Shown here: in pieces, positions 18,951 through 29,356 of the stretch
Position numbering within the stretch: the stretch's first letter is position 1
How the letters are laid out: each line of letters starts with the position of its first letter
Origin: a virus
Taxonomy: Duplodnaviria; Caudoviricetes
DNA length: 64,000 nucleotides
Reading direction: 5' to 3' (one strand)
IMG/VR virus record: IMGVR_UViG_3300037067_003400
Location: 96,001 to 160,000 of that record
Program-made: the position numbers and the translations under genes
The notes under the pieces: model-generated
Told to the model about the DNA's origin: nothing
The model's database searches: none
Seen by the model: only the letters and a program-made list of their open reading frames with translations

Positions 18951-20063
18951 ATGTTAGCTGAATTTGAGACAACAGTATTTCTTGATGACTTATTAGTGTT
19001 GTCCAGAGTTATAGAAAGTAAATCTGCCCAGCCTATTCTTGGCACTATAGTTTTTAGATTCTTAACTAATGGAAAACTTATTATGACTTCTACTGATGCT
19101 TCTACATATGTTACTCGTGTAATAGATATAGAACCATTGGAAGAAGAATGTGTATTTGCTATAGATGCTACTATACTTAAGCAATCTGTAGCTTCTCTGA
19201 AAAAGGATAAGTTTTGTATAGACTATGTGCCAGGAAAAGGTGAGGCTATTATAAGTGCTGGAGCTTCTAAGATATGGTTACCTATTATAACTGATATGAA
19301 TGTTATGCCAGCTATTAGAAAATGTAAGACAGAGGGAAATGAAGAAGTATCTTTATTGTTTGATGAATTTAAAACTTCTGCTAAGACAGTAGCTATAGCA
19401 TCTGATCCTGCAAGTATTATACCATGTATGACTGGTATAGTGGTAACTGTTCATGATGACACCACAGAATTAATAGGGTTGTCAAATTTTATGCTGGCTA
19501 AAGATACTTTAGAGCCAGTAAGTTATTCTAATGATATAGAGTTTCTTATTAGTCCTAAAGTATTAAAGATATTATATGCTATCAAGAAAGATTGTAAGTA
19601 TATAAACATAAGTATTGGTAAAAGAGACATGCTTATTACTGTGGATCCATATGTTATAGTATCCCGTCGTATGTTAAGTGATATATTAGACTGGTCTCGT
19701 TTCCTAAAAGGTTTATATACTACTAAAGTTAAGGTAGCAAAGAAGATATTGTTAGAGGCTATTAATAGGTCACGAGTTATTGGCTCTTATGCTGATAACT
19801 TTGTTAGATTAGAAATAAAGAAGGATGGTATTATTATTTCTACGGAAGGAAAGGCTGGAAGTTCTGAGGATAAGTTACCTATAGAACTTGAGGGCCCTGA
19901 AGTAGTAGTAGCATTTAATTCTTCTTTAGTATCTAAAGGATTATCTGTATTGAATACAGAGTTTGTATATTTAAACGTAGCTACAAGCAACTCTCCAGTG
20001 ATGGTAGAGTGTGATGATATAAGTAAAGTTCAAGTATGGGGAACCATAACTTTACAAGAATAA
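18951..20063 (+). CDS. dnaN: sliding clamp, DNA Pol III beta-like
   Basis: 370 aa; PIL..I, STD, EAINR and VAFN motifs; follows dnaX. Confidence 0.85.
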   Translation: MLAEFETTVFLDDLLVLSRVIESKSAQPILGTIVFRFLTNGKLIMTSTDASTYVTRVIDIEPLEEECVFAIDATILKQSVASLKKDKFCIDYVPGKGEAIISAGASKIWLPIITDMNVMPAIRKCKTEGNEEVSLLFDEFKTSAKTVAIASDPASIIPCMTGIVVTVHDDTTELIGLSNFMLAKDTLEPVSYSNDIEFLISPKVLKILYAIKKDCKYINISIGKRDMLITVDPYVIVSRRMLSDILDWSRFLKGLYTTKVKVAKKILLEAINRSRVIGSYADNFVRLEIKKDGIIISTEGKAGSSEDKLPIELEGPEVVVAFNSSLVSKGLSVLNTEFVYLNVATSNSPVMVECDDISKVQVWGTITLQE

Positions 20064-20076
20064 TTTGGAGGAATAT

Positions 20077-20724
20077 ATGTTAGATTTAAGTAAACTTTAT
20101 GATTTGCCTATGACGAGTAGATCTATAGAAATGGCTGCTGGATTAGATGCTGCACTTGGTGCAGAGCATTGGTCTACTGAATGCTGGGTAGCTGAAAAGA
20201 GTGTTATAAATGCCAGTATAAGTATCGTTGATGGTGGTTCTACTTGGCTACGTAGAGACTGGGTAGCCGATACTTTCGAGAAAGCATTTGTTAATGCGGC
20301 TCTTATGTTAGGATACGCTAGAAATAGCTTAAATGGTATAAAGAAAGTAGTAGTAGGTGCTACTAATAATAGTATTGGGGAAACAGCTGTTGATGCTGGG
20401 TGTCAGTTTGTTATGGAGTTTGATGATGTTGTAAAGGATGAAGATACATTGCTTCCAGAAGATATAGCAAGTGATGATGATTTTAGTAAAGATGCTGTTG
20501 ATGACTTAGATCCAGTAGCTATGCTTCACTCTCAGCTGGACGAAAAAGATATCCCAGTAGAAGCTGGAATAGAAGCTAAACCTGCTACTGTTGCTACTAT
20601 AGAGCAGGATCCTGAACATCCTATGTGTGTGAGTTGTAATAAGAAAATAACTATTACAAGATTTACTAAACTAACTGAAGCTAACTTGCCTATTACATGT
20701 TTAGCTTGTGAGGATAAAGTGTAA
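20077..20724 (+). CDS. putative Rad52/Sak-like ssDNA-annealing protein with acidic linker and C-terminal Zn finger
   Basis: LDAALGAEHWS and AFVNAALMLG resemble Rad52-family motifs; CVSC..CLAC. Confidence 0.45.
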   Translation: MLDLSKLYDLPMTSRSIEMAAGLDAALGAEHWSTECWVAEKSVINASISIVDGGSTWLRRDWVADTFEKAFVNAALMLGYARNSLNGIKKVVVGATNNSIGETAVDAGCQFVMEFDDVVKDEDTLLPEDIASDDDFSKDAVDDLDPVAMLHSQLDEKDIPVEAGIEAKPATVATIEQDPEHPMCVSCNKKITITRFTKLTEANLPITCLACEDKV

Positions 20725-20918
20725 TGCCAACATATGAATACGTCTGTGACAATGAAGGATGTGATGTTTACCAATTTAGTAAGAGTGTAAAAGTAAAGGA
20801 TTCCAATAATGTAAGTTGTATTAAGTGTGGATGTCCTGCTACTAAGGTTCTTACTAAACATTTTGGTATAGCATTCAAGGGTCCTGGTTTTCATAGTACA
20901 GACTATAGGAGTAAGTAA
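20724..20918 (+). CDS. FmdB-family Zn-ribbon protein
   Basis: MPTYEYVC...CIKCG...FKGPGFHSTDY. Confidence 0.9.
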   Translation: MPTYEYVCDNEGCDVYQFSKSVKVKDSNNVSCIKCGCPATKVLTKHFGIAFKGPGFHSTDYRSK

Positions 20919-21571
20919 TGAGTATACTAATAAGTGTATGTGTAGTAACTACAGATGAACGTGTAAAGAATCTTGATAGGCTAAAGAAAAGCCTTGATGA
21001 TGTATTGTGGTGGCCTGATACACACGAAGTTATAGTTAAGAGCAATGATAGTATAGCCCTTGGTTATAATGAGGCTGCTTCTGAAGCTGATGGACAATAT
21101 TTGTTCTTTGTGCATGATGATGTAGAACTTAGAGGGCATAGACCTCTATTGTTTTCTATGTTAGAACTACTTAAGAAAGAAAAGACTGGGTTAGTAGGTA
21201 TGGCTGGTACCCGTGTGTTCCCTAAGAATGGCGTATGGTGGGAAGATAAGTCTTCCCTATCAGGTGCTGTATATCATACTGCTAATGGTAATACCTGGGA
21301 TACTTCTTTCGGTGTATTTGGTAGGGTAGTCGTATTAGATGGAGTGTTCCTATCTATAGAAAGAAAGAAGTTTGAAGAGATAGGTGGGTTCCCTATTACA
21401 ATGACTGGCTTTGATTTCTATGACCTTGCTATTTGTATGGAAGCAAGGAAAAAAGGTTATGATAATTATACTTTCCCGTTTCCTATATTGCACCACTCTT
21501 TAGGTGATGTTACTAATAGGGAAGGCTGGCATGAAAACAGAACTAAATTCTTGGAGTTATACAATGGCTAA
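20918..21571 (+). CDS. GT-A/GT2-like glycosyltransferase
   Basis: GYNEA, FVHDDV, LDGVFL, FDFYD, HHSLG. Confidence 0.88.
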   Translation: MSILISVCVVTTDERVKNLDRLKKSLDDVLWWPDTHEVIVKSNDSIALGYNEAASEADGQYLFFVHDDVELRGHRPLLFSMLELLKKEKTGLVGMAGTRVFPKNGVWWEDKSSLSGAVYHTANGNTWDTSFGVFGRVVVLDGVFLSIERKKFEEIGGFPITMTGFDFYDLAICMEARKKGYDNYTFPFPILHHSLGDVTNREGWHENRTKFLELYNG

Positions 21572-21830
21572 AGATGCTGAGTATCTCATTTGGAGAGAGG
21601 GCACAAGAGATATTTTATGGACATCTAATCACGCCCTCCTTGTTTTTGCAATACAACATATAGGTAACAAGGAATTTAAGAAGGATTCTTTGGTTACCTA
21701 TACATCTCCGGGTGGTAAGGCTATAGAGTGGCAGATACCACTTAAGATAACTAACCGACCTAAGTTAGATGAAGCTATAAAAATCTTCTATGAAAAGAAA
21801 GGTAAGAAGTCAAGTGGAAAAGCTGATTGA
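21564..21830 (+). CDS. hypothetical protein
   Basis: ORF in the operon; start moved to the ATG at 21564. Confidence 0.6.
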   Translation: MAKDAEYLIWREGTRDILWTSNHALLVFAIQHIGNKEFKKDSLVTYTSPGGKAIEWQIPLKITNRPKLDEAIKIFYEKKGKKSSGKAD

Positions 21831-22087
21831 ATGTTTACAAGCTAAGTTAAAGTTAGCTGATGATGTGATACATTTATATGCTCCAAGAAATGTTAAGATG
21901 AAACTATACAAAGCTTGGAAAGAACTTGATGAGAAATTAGAAGAGGTGCCTATTAGTACTGTTCCCTATCCTGTTAGGACAGGAGCAAGTTTTACTGGTG
22001 GCGTTAATGAACTTAAGAAAACAATGGAAACATTTGCAAGAGTTGAAAAAGATAGAAATAGATTTGGGAGTCTAAAGAAAAAGCACA

Positions 22088-22675
22088 ATGGATGAGTGGG
22101 TCAAACAAGAAAAGAAGTTGAAGAAAATACACAGGGGTTTTAGAACTCCTGGCTCTGGTAACAAAGGTATTAAGGCTGATGTTATAGGAGATGTGTTTGT
22201 AATAGAAGCTAAGTTCTCTGGAGTAACAGACTCTAAAGGTAGAAAATATATGGATGTGTCAAGAGACTGGCTACTCAAACTTTCTAATGAACTTAGAGGA
22301 ACTAAGATTCCTTTGCTTAACTTAAACATAGGGAATCTAACTACTCTTTCTATAATTCCTGCTGATCAGTATGATACACGTGTAATGGGAACCATAGATT
22401 TTAATGATAAGAAACAAGTTAGAATCTATGCTGAAGATACTGTTGAGCATTATACTGTTCTTATACCACATAAGAAGTTTCCAGAGTGGATTATACTATC
22501 GGACGATGATATAGAAGAGATACTTGATGAAGTTCGTGGTCCAGAAATAGAGATTAAAGTTCCTAAGATTTCTAAAGAAGAAAAGATACGACAGAAAGCT
22601 GATGTCAAAGCTTTCAGGAAAGCAGAGTATAGAAGATACAAACGATTTAAGAAGGGATTACCTATAGATGACTGA
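22088..22675 (+). CDS. Hjc-like Holliday junction resolvase / PD-(D/E)xK nuclease
   Basis: QE...RTPGSGN..KADV...IEAK. Confidence 0.75.
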   Translation: MDEWVKQEKKLKKIHRGFRTPGSGNKGIKADVIGDVFVIEAKFSGVTDSKGRKYMDVSRDWLLKLSNELRGTKIPLLNLNIGNLTTLSIIPADQYDTRVMGTIDFNDKKQVRIYAEDTVEHYTVLIPHKKFPEWIILSDDDIEEILDEVRGPEIEIKVPKISKEEKIRQKADVKAFRKAEYRRYKRFKKGLPIDD

Positions 22676-23690
22676 CTTTATGAATCTATTTGAGAAACAT
22701 TTAGGACATGGCATGAAATGTGGCGACAATGTTATATTTAGATGTTTTAGATGTGACAATAGTGGCACTGGACATTTATATGTTAATGCAAATGATGGCA
22801 GATATTATTGTTTTAAATGTGGAAATGACTCAGATGGTCAGGGTAAGGGTAATCCCCGTTCGTTTGCTATATTAATGGGAGAAGATCCAACTCAATATGA
22901 GAATGCTAATGCGTATAGGAATGTTCCTAATAGACATGACTTTGCTGATTATGATTTGATTAGTAGTATCTATACATATGTGTTTAGTAAGCTTAATCTT
23001 TCTGATGAGCATAGAGATTATCTTATAAGTAGAAGTATTGATTTAAGATTTGGGTTTAAGAGTTCTGATAAAGCATTTGATGTGCTAAGAGATAGGTATG
23101 ATGACTCTACTATAGTTAGTTCTGGATTAGCTAAGTATTCTCCTGCTGGGTATGTTATTCCGGCGGTTGCAATAGAAGCTAATAGAATCTTAATACCCTA
23201 CACTCAAGAAGATAGAGTGGTGTATTTTAGGAGTAGGGCATGTGGTGACTCTACTCTTAAGTATGCCAGCCCTATTGGTGTAAGTGCTAATAGATTTGTG
23301 TGGTATGATACTATATCTAATAAGCTTCTTGTTATCACGGAGGGAGAGCTTAAGGGTATGGCATCTCTCTCTGCTGGTGTTAGTACTATAGCTACTCCTG
23401 GTATGAGGTCTTCTCATGAAACAGTAGCTAAGCTATGTGTTAAGAACTCAGTAGAAAATATCATACTGTGTTTTGATAACCAAATTGAAAACTTTAGAGA
23501 TGTTTGTTCTGCAAAAACTAAGTTAGTAAGTTATATATCTAAATTGTATACTCCAAGAATATATGATTGTGTGCTTCCTTTTCTTCCTATGGTAGAAGAG
23601 GGTAAGAAAATAGATATAGACTCTTTTATAAATGTTTTAGGTAAAGATAAATATATAAAAACTTTATCTAAGGCAAGGAGGATTCTTTAA
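22668..23690 (+). CDS. DnaG-type DNA primase
   Basis: N-terminal Zn finger CFRC/CFKC; TOPRIM ITEGELK, CFDN, DID. Confidence 0.88.
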   Translation: MTDFMNLFEKHLGHGMKCGDNVIFRCFRCDNSGTGHLYVNANDGRYYCFKCGNDSDGQGKGNPRSFAILMGEDPTQYENANAYRNVPNRHDFADYDLISSIYTYVFSKLNLSDEHRDYLISRSIDLRFGFKSSDKAFDVLRDRYDDSTIVSSGLAKYSPAGYVIPAVAIEANRILIPYTQEDRVVYFRSRACGDSTLKYASPIGVSANRFVWYDTISNKLLVITEGELKGMASLSAGVSTIATPGMRSSHETVAKLCVKNSVENIILCFDNQIENFRDVCSAKTKLVSYISKLYTPRIYDCVLPFLPMVEEGKKIDIDSFINVLGKDKYIKTLSKARRIL

Positions 23691-25513
23691 TGGGTGCTGA
23701 TGGTTCTGTAGTTTTGGATCCTGCACAGTTGAAAGTAGTAGAAGATACAGAAGGTCCTTGTATTATATATGCTGGGCCTGGTAGTGGTAAGAGTAGAAGT
23801 TTAGTTCATAGAGTAGCACACCTTGCGAAAAAGGGTGTAGCTACTCATAATATTTTAGTAGTAACTTTTACTAATAAAGCGGTAGATGTATTAGTAGAGC
23901 GGTTAGATAAGTTAATTGGTAGTGATCATAAGGTTCATGTATCTACTTTTCATTCTTTATCAGCAGTAATACTTAGAAGGTATTGGAATAATACTTTTTC
24001 TATTTACGATGATGACGATAAGAAAAAACTTATTACATCTATAATAAAAGATAAGCAATATGATAAAGATATAACATCAATTGTTATGGATAACTTAGGA
24101 GAAGCCGCTAAACGAAGTACAAGCTTTGGTAATATAGATAAGACTGGAGATTCTATTGTTGATAATGTTATTAGTATATACTATTCTGAATTAATAAAGG
24201 CTAATGCTTTAGACTTTGATTCTATAGTTACTAAATGCGTTGATATATTAAAAGAAAATGATAGTGTACGTAGTTTAGTTCAGAAGACTTACAAGTATAT
24301 CTTGGTAGATGAAGCTCATGATATGAATACTGCTCAAGGTGAGCTTGTTAAGCTTATGGTTGGTGAAGCTCAGAATGTTTGTCTTGTAGCTGATGTAGAT
24401 CAGTCTATCTATGGGTTCAGGGGTGCTGATTTCGAAGTAGTTTGGGAACTTGCAGATTATTTTAAAGATACTAAGGTCTATAAATTAGAAAGAAATTATA
24501 GGTCTACACGTGTAATAGTAAATTCTGCAAGAAAAGTTATAACTAACAATGAGAATAGAGTACCTATGAACTTTGAATCTATGAGAGATTCTGGTACTAC
24601 TATTAGGGTTGTAGATTTAATGTCTTCTGAATCAGAAGCTACCTGGGTAGCAGATGATATACAATCTAAAATAGAGGCGGGGAAATATTCCCCAGAAGAC
24701 ATAGCTATATTGTATAGAGTAACAGCTATGTCTGCTTCATTTGAGTCTAAGTTAATGTATAGGGGGATTGCTTATAAGGTAATAGGTAGTCGTACTTTTT
24801 TTGCGAAGGCAGAGATAAAAGATATTCTTGCTTATCTTAGGGTTATTCATAATAAGCGTGATAATGTAGCAGTGCTAAGAATTATAAACTTACCTAAGCG
24901 TGGGATAGGTGCTGCTATGGTAAAGGATATAGTTAATAAGAGTAATATACTTGATATGTGCTATATAGATACTATAAGAGCTATGTGTAAGCAAAAGAGT
25001 AATCCCAAGTTAGAAAGTTTCCTATCTTTTATTGATAGTATATCTAAAAGTGGAAAGCTTACTACTATGGTTCAGGATATATCAAGAGTAGTAGCAGATT
25101 TTTATAGTACTGATACTAACTTAGATGAGCGTATAAATAATATAGAGCAACTGTATGGGTTAGTCTCTATGTATGATGGAGTAGATGCTCTTTCTAATTT
25201 CATAGAAGACATGAGCCTTTCCATTTATGACGAAGAGGGAGCTGAAGACTTAGGTGTATACCTTATGACTATGCATCAGTGTAAAGGTTTGGAGTTTCCT
25301 TTAGTATATGTAGTAGGAGCAGAGCAAAATGTTATTCCTTATTATAAAGCTTCTACTAAGGAACAGGTAGAAGAAGAACGTAGATTGTTCTATGTATCTA
25401 TGACAAGAGCTATGGATGAATTAGTTATAACTCATGCCAGAGCCAGAGCTTTATATGGAAAAGTATCTTATAATAGAACGTCTATGTTTGTGGAGGAGCT
25501 TAGACGTGGGTAG
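23690..25513 (+). CDS. uvrD: UvrD/PcrA SF1 helicase
   Basis: AGPGSGKS, TFTNKA, DEAHD, QSIYGFRGA, NYRST, KGLEFP, EERRLFYVSMTRA. Confidence 0.96.
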   Translation: MGADGSVVLDPAQLKVVEDTEGPCIIYAGPGSGKSRSLVHRVAHLAKKGVATHNILVVTFTNKAVDVLVERLDKLIGSDHKVHVSTFHSLSAVILRRYWNNTFSIYDDDDKKKLITSIIKDKQYDKDITSIVMDNLGEAAKRSTSFGNIDKTGDSIVDNVISIYYSELIKANALDFDSIVTKCVDILKENDSVRSLVQKTYKYILVDEAHDMNTAQGELVKLMVGEAQNVCLVADVDQSIYGFRGADFEVVWELADYFKDTKVYKLERNYRSTRVIVNSARKVITNNENRVPMNFESMRDSGTTIRVVDLMSSESEATWVADDIQSKIEAGKYSPEDIAILYRVTAMSASFESKLMYRGIAYKVIGSRTFFAKAEIKDILAYLRVIHNKRDNVAVLRIINLPKRGIGAAMVKDIVNKSNILDMCYIDTIRAMCKQKSNPKLESFLSFIDSISKSGKLTTMVQDISRVVADFYSTDTNLDERINNIEQLYGLVSMYDGVDALSNFIEDMSLSIYDEEGAEDLGVYLMTMHQCKGLEFPLVYVVGAEQNVIPYYKASTKEQVEEERRLFYVSMTRAMDELVITHARARALYGKVSYNRTSMFVEELRRG

Positions 25514-25835
25514 TGAAGATGGAGGTAGGCTGTAATGAAGAAGGGTGCATGGAAAGTAAGAGTAGTTCCTGTTGATGAACTTACATCCTTAGTCAATGTT
25601 GATGTAGCTTTAAAAGAAATAGATATTAATGCTGGTATAAATGAAGATAAAATAAAAGAAGAGTCTTTTAAGTTGTTAAAGTATATAACAACCAGAGATG
25701 AGTTCGCAAGTTTGATAGAAAGATGTTTTGGTCTTAATATTATTGTAGATTATGAGAATATGTTTTATGTGTGTTATTATATAGATTCTGGTGATGTTGT
25801 TGTCAAGTATAATTCGAAAGCGATGGTAAAAATTA

Positions 25836-27602
25836 ATGGAAATAAAACTAATAAATAGCAACGTAGAGGGTATAACTAAACATTTGAATTCTGATTGCTT
25901 AGCTATTGACTTTGAAGCTTCTGGGTTAGATCCATACACTACAGTGCCCTGGTTATTTTCTGTTAAGCCATCTAATCATAATGTTACATATGTAATAGAC
26001 GTACAGAAATGCAGTTTAGAACCTATTAGAAATGTATTAGAGTCTTCATTATTGATAGGTGCTAATATATCTTATGACTTAAAGCTTCTTAGGCATATGG
26101 GCTTTAGACCAAGAAGAGTTTATTGTGTTGTTGTAGCTGAACGTGTGTTATCTGCTGGTATAAGAGTAGGAGAAAATGATTTAGCTTCTATTATAAAGAG
26201 AAGGATTGGTGTATCGTTAGATAAAGAAGTACGAAGTTCTTTTATTATGTTATATGAAGATGCTAAGAAAGTGGATAAGAATATAAAATGGGCTGAAGCA
26301 CAGGTTATGTATGCTGCTAAAGATGTAGAGTATTTGCATCCTGTATATATAAGCCAGTTAGAAGAAGCACATAGAGCTGATGTTGAGTATGTTATAAAGT
26401 GTGAGTCTAATCTTGTTCCAGTAGTAGCTGATATGGAGTATGTAGGTATAGGTTTTGATAAAGAGAAGTGGCTTAAGCTTGATGAGGAGCATAGACTACA
26501 AAAATCTATACTTTATGGTGAAATTTGTGACGAATTAGTTATACCTAAAACAAGGATGACTTTGTTCCCAGAGACAACGGGAAGTATCTATGATTTAAAT
26601 ATAGATAGCCCTATCTTAGTTAAGAAGCTATTGAGCAGTTATGGTATAGATGTTCCAGATACTAAAGAAGAAACTCTTAAAGATATTGATGTTCCTATAT
26701 GTAAGAAACTTATTGAGTATAGAAAATTAGAGAAGAGTATAACATCTTATGGTAGGAATTGGCTGTCTTATATTAACCCAGTAACTGGTAGAATACACAG
26801 TTCCTTCAACCAAGTTCGCTGTGATACTGGAAGATTTGGGAGTAGTGAGCCTAACTTACAAAATATCCCAGCTACTATAGAGTATAGGTCTTGTTTCATA
26901 GCACCTAAGGGTAGAAAGCTAATCACTGCAGACTATGCTGGTATAGAACTTAGAATAATAGCAGAGTTTAGTAGTGATGAGACTATGATAAAAGCATTCA
27001 ATGGTACTAATGATGTTCACTCTGAAACAGCTGCTCTTATATTTGGGCTTCCAGTAGAGGAGTGTGGTAAGGGTACTAAGTATAGAGATATTGGTAAGAC
27101 TTTAAACTATTCTTTGCTATACGGACAGGGAGATGATAAGTTAGCTATTAAGTTAGGTGTGTCATTAGAAGAAGCTGCTAAGATTAGAGCTGCTTATAGT
27201 GAGAGGTTTGCTAATATAATGTCTTGGTTAGAAAAAGCTGGTGAAGAAGCAGTTAAAGAAGGTTATTGTGCTACTCCTTTAGGTAGAAAGCGATGGTTTA
27301 CAAAGAACACTTCTCTATATGAGATGAAAGCCTCTGGTAGGAACACACCTATTCAGGGAACTTCTGCCGACATGATTAAGATAGCTCAAATTATTTTAAA
27401 TAAAAAGTTGCTGATTGCAGATACTGATGCCTTCATGGTTGATGTTATACATGATGAGCTATTAGTAGAAGCTGATGAAAATATAGTAGATGATGTGTCG
27501 AAGGTTATAGAAGAAAGTATGGTAGAAGCTGGTAGTATTTTCTTGAAGAGGGTACCTATTAAAGTATCCCTTAGTGTTGGTGATTGCTGGAGTAAGGATT
27601 AA
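25836..27602 (+). CDS. polA: family A DNA polymerase (3'-5' exonuclease plus polymerase, no 5'-3' exonuclease)
   Basis: DFE, YAAKD, TGRFGSSEPNLQNIP, DYAGIELR, KTLNYSLLYG, HDEL. Confidence 0.97.
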   Translation: MEIKLINSNVEGITKHLNSDCLAIDFEASGLDPYTTVPWLFSVKPSNHNVTYVIDVQKCSLEPIRNVLESSLLIGANISYDLKLLRHMGFRPRRVYCVVVAERVLSAGIRVGENDLASIIKRRIGVSLDKEVRSSFIMLYEDAKKVDKNIKWAEAQVMYAAKDVEYLHPVYISQLEEAHRADVEYVIKCESNLVPVVADMEYVGIGFDKEKWLKLDEEHRLQKSILYGEICDELVIPKTRMTLFPETTGSIYDLNIDSPILVKKLLSSYGIDVPDTKEETLKDIDVPICKKLIEYRKLEKSITSYGRNWLSYINPVTGRIHSSFNQVRCDTGRFGSSEPNLQNIPATIEYRSCFIAPKGRKLITADYAGIELRIIAEFSSDETMIKAFNGTNDVHSETAALIFGLPVEECGKGTKYRDIGKTLNYSLLYGQGDDKLAIKLGVSLEEAAKIRAAYSERFANIMSWLEKAGEEAVKEGYCATPLGRKRWFTKNTSLYEMKASGRNTPIQGTSADMIKIAQIILNKKLLIADTDAFMVDVIHDELLVEADENIVDDVSKVIEESMVEAGSIFLKRVPIKVSLSVGDCWSKD

Positions 27603-27945
27603 TGGAACATGAAATAGTTATGGATGGTAAGTATGAGAAGCATACTTATTCTAGTGAGTGTAGAGTTGAGTGTTGTTGTAATACCTGTGAGTTTGATAGT
27701 AGCAATGGTGCCGAAAAACCTTGTAGTGTGTGTCAGGATATGGAAGAAGATGGAACTGTTAAGTGGTGCTATCATAAAGATAAGGGAGTTATATAATGGG
27801 ACTTAATATTTTTATGACTATTATTTCTGTCATAGCTATATACATATTTGTAAGAACTGATATGGCATGGTGGAAAGTTGTGGATGCACTCAATGAAATG
27901 GATGAAGAAATGAAATTAAATAAAAAGATAGGTAAGGAGTAAATT

Positions 27946-28647
27946 ATGGAATTAGAAAAATTGTCTGAAGGTATGTCTGAAGAAAGTAAGAAACAAACAA
28001 GAGAACTTATAGAGTCATTTGGTGATGAGTTCTTGATAGAAGTTTCTAAGATAAAGAACTTAGTAGTTAAATTATTTACTGAAGCTAAGCTAGATATAAA
28101 AGTAGCTTCAGTTGAAACATCTATATCTTTAGCATTTGCTATGGTTTTTGGTGGTATGCCCATAATAGCATCAGAAGATTTACCAAAAGAAAAAGCTATA
28201 GAGATGAATGAGATTGCACGGGCTAAAGAGTTTGAGAACTTTAGGAATAAGTTACTCAATGCTTATGATATAGATGGAACATTAGATGAGTTACCATCTA
28301 AGGAAACAGCTCTTGTTATGATACATGAGCTAAATGCTAAAATGGTAGCCTTGTCTATAGGAGCTATACTTGATATGAGAAAGAAGTACGCTGCTGGGGA
28401 GCTCGAAGTTAAGTTGTATAATAGTGCAGAGCTAATGGTTATAGGTGAAGCTCTACAGAATATTCTTTATGTTCCTAATATAAATCATCTTGCTGTTAAT
28501 AATATTAATATGGAGGTAATTGATGATGATGGTATTAATGGTATGGTAATCACTGTTACAATGGAAGATGATTCTACGTTAGAAGGTTTTGGAGATAATT
28601 TGTTAGATGCTATTAATGATCTAATGAATCAAACAAGTGCTGAATAA
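27946..28647 (+). CDS. hypothetical protein
   Basis: 233 aa ORF with AAGGAG SD. Confidence 0.7.
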   Translation: MELEKLSEGMSEESKKQTRELIESFGDEFLIEVSKIKNLVVKLFTEAKLDIKVASVETSISLAFAMVFGGMPIIASEDLPKEKAIEMNEIARAKEFENFRNKLLNAYDIDGTLDELPSKETALVMIHELNAKMVALSIGAILDMRKKYAAGELEVKLYNSAELMVIGEALQNILYVPNINHLAVNNINMEVIDDDGINGMVITVTMEDDSTLEGFGDNLLDAINDLMNQTSAE

Positions 28648-28654
28648 TGATAGT

Positions 28655-28681
28655 AAAAAAAAATGGGACACCGAAGTGCCC
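28655..28681 (-). terminator. intrinsic terminator for the minus-strand arm
   Basis: Minus strand GGGCAC-TTCG-GTGTCCC followed by A and T9. Confidence 0.7.
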
Positions 28682-28700
28682 CTAAGGTTGGAGGAAGTTT

Positions 28701-29120
28701 ATGGTAGGAAAAGTTCTTAATAAAATAGTAGAGTGGCATGATGATTTGTATGCTAAACATGAATTTAAAACCACTCCAGAAGAGCATTATGGTGGGCCTA
28801 AGGAATCTAATGGCCCACTATGGCAGTATATGCCTGAGGAATCTAAAGATACATTTATAAAAGTGTTTGGGTCTATATGGAATACATGTGTTGCTTTAGC
28901 TGAAGAAGAGGCAGCTAATAAGGCAGCTTTTGAAGCAGGAGAATGGAAGTATTTAGGATGTAGTGCTTATGCTATTATTGAGGTTCCTGGTAGTAACGAT
29001 ACTATTAAGATAACGACACCAGGTGTATCAGGTATACCATCTTCATCACCAGATGATTACCTTAAAGAAATAGAACGTAGCCAGATGGAGTTGCTGGAGT
29101 TAATGCTATCTTCTAATTAG
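28701..29120 (+). CDS. hypothetical protein, last gene of the + arm
   Basis: GGAGG SD; stop overlaps the convergent minus-strand ORF. Confidence 0.7.
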   Translation: MVGKVLNKIVEWHDDLYAKHEFKTTPEEHYGGPKESNGPLWQYMPEESKDTFIKVFGSIWNTCVALAEEEAANKAAFEAGEWKYLGCSAYAIIEVPGSNDTIKITTPGVSGIPSSSPDDYLKEIERSQMELLELMLSSN

Positions 29121-29356
29121 TTATATCCAAGCTGAGATAGGTAATCTTTATTTTTTAGTTGAGAATTAAGTTTCCTATCTTTAGCTTTCTTTTTAATGAG
29201 GTTGAATAAACACTGTATATCACAGAAGAGTATTCCTTTTTTTGAGGTTTTAGTAACAATTACCATAGAGGTATCGGGGTTAGGAAACTTTCCACAGTTG
29301 GCGCAGGTAGTGGCAGTATCGTAGATAGCTGTGATTTTAATAACATCATCTTGCAT
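29117..29356 (-). CDS. Zn-finger (TRASH-like) protein
   Basis: CANCGK...FCDIQC. Confidence 0.65.
   Translation of the reverse strand: MQDDVIKITAIYDTATTCANCGKFPNPDTSMVIVTKTSKKGILFCDIQCLFNLIKKKAKDRKLNSQLKNKDYLSQLGYN

Noticed and set aside
318-28259. Short minus-strand ORFs in the left arm (for example 318, 3038, 17485, 20532, 27789)
   Set aside because: Antisense shadows of well-supported plus-strand genes, without recognisable motifs
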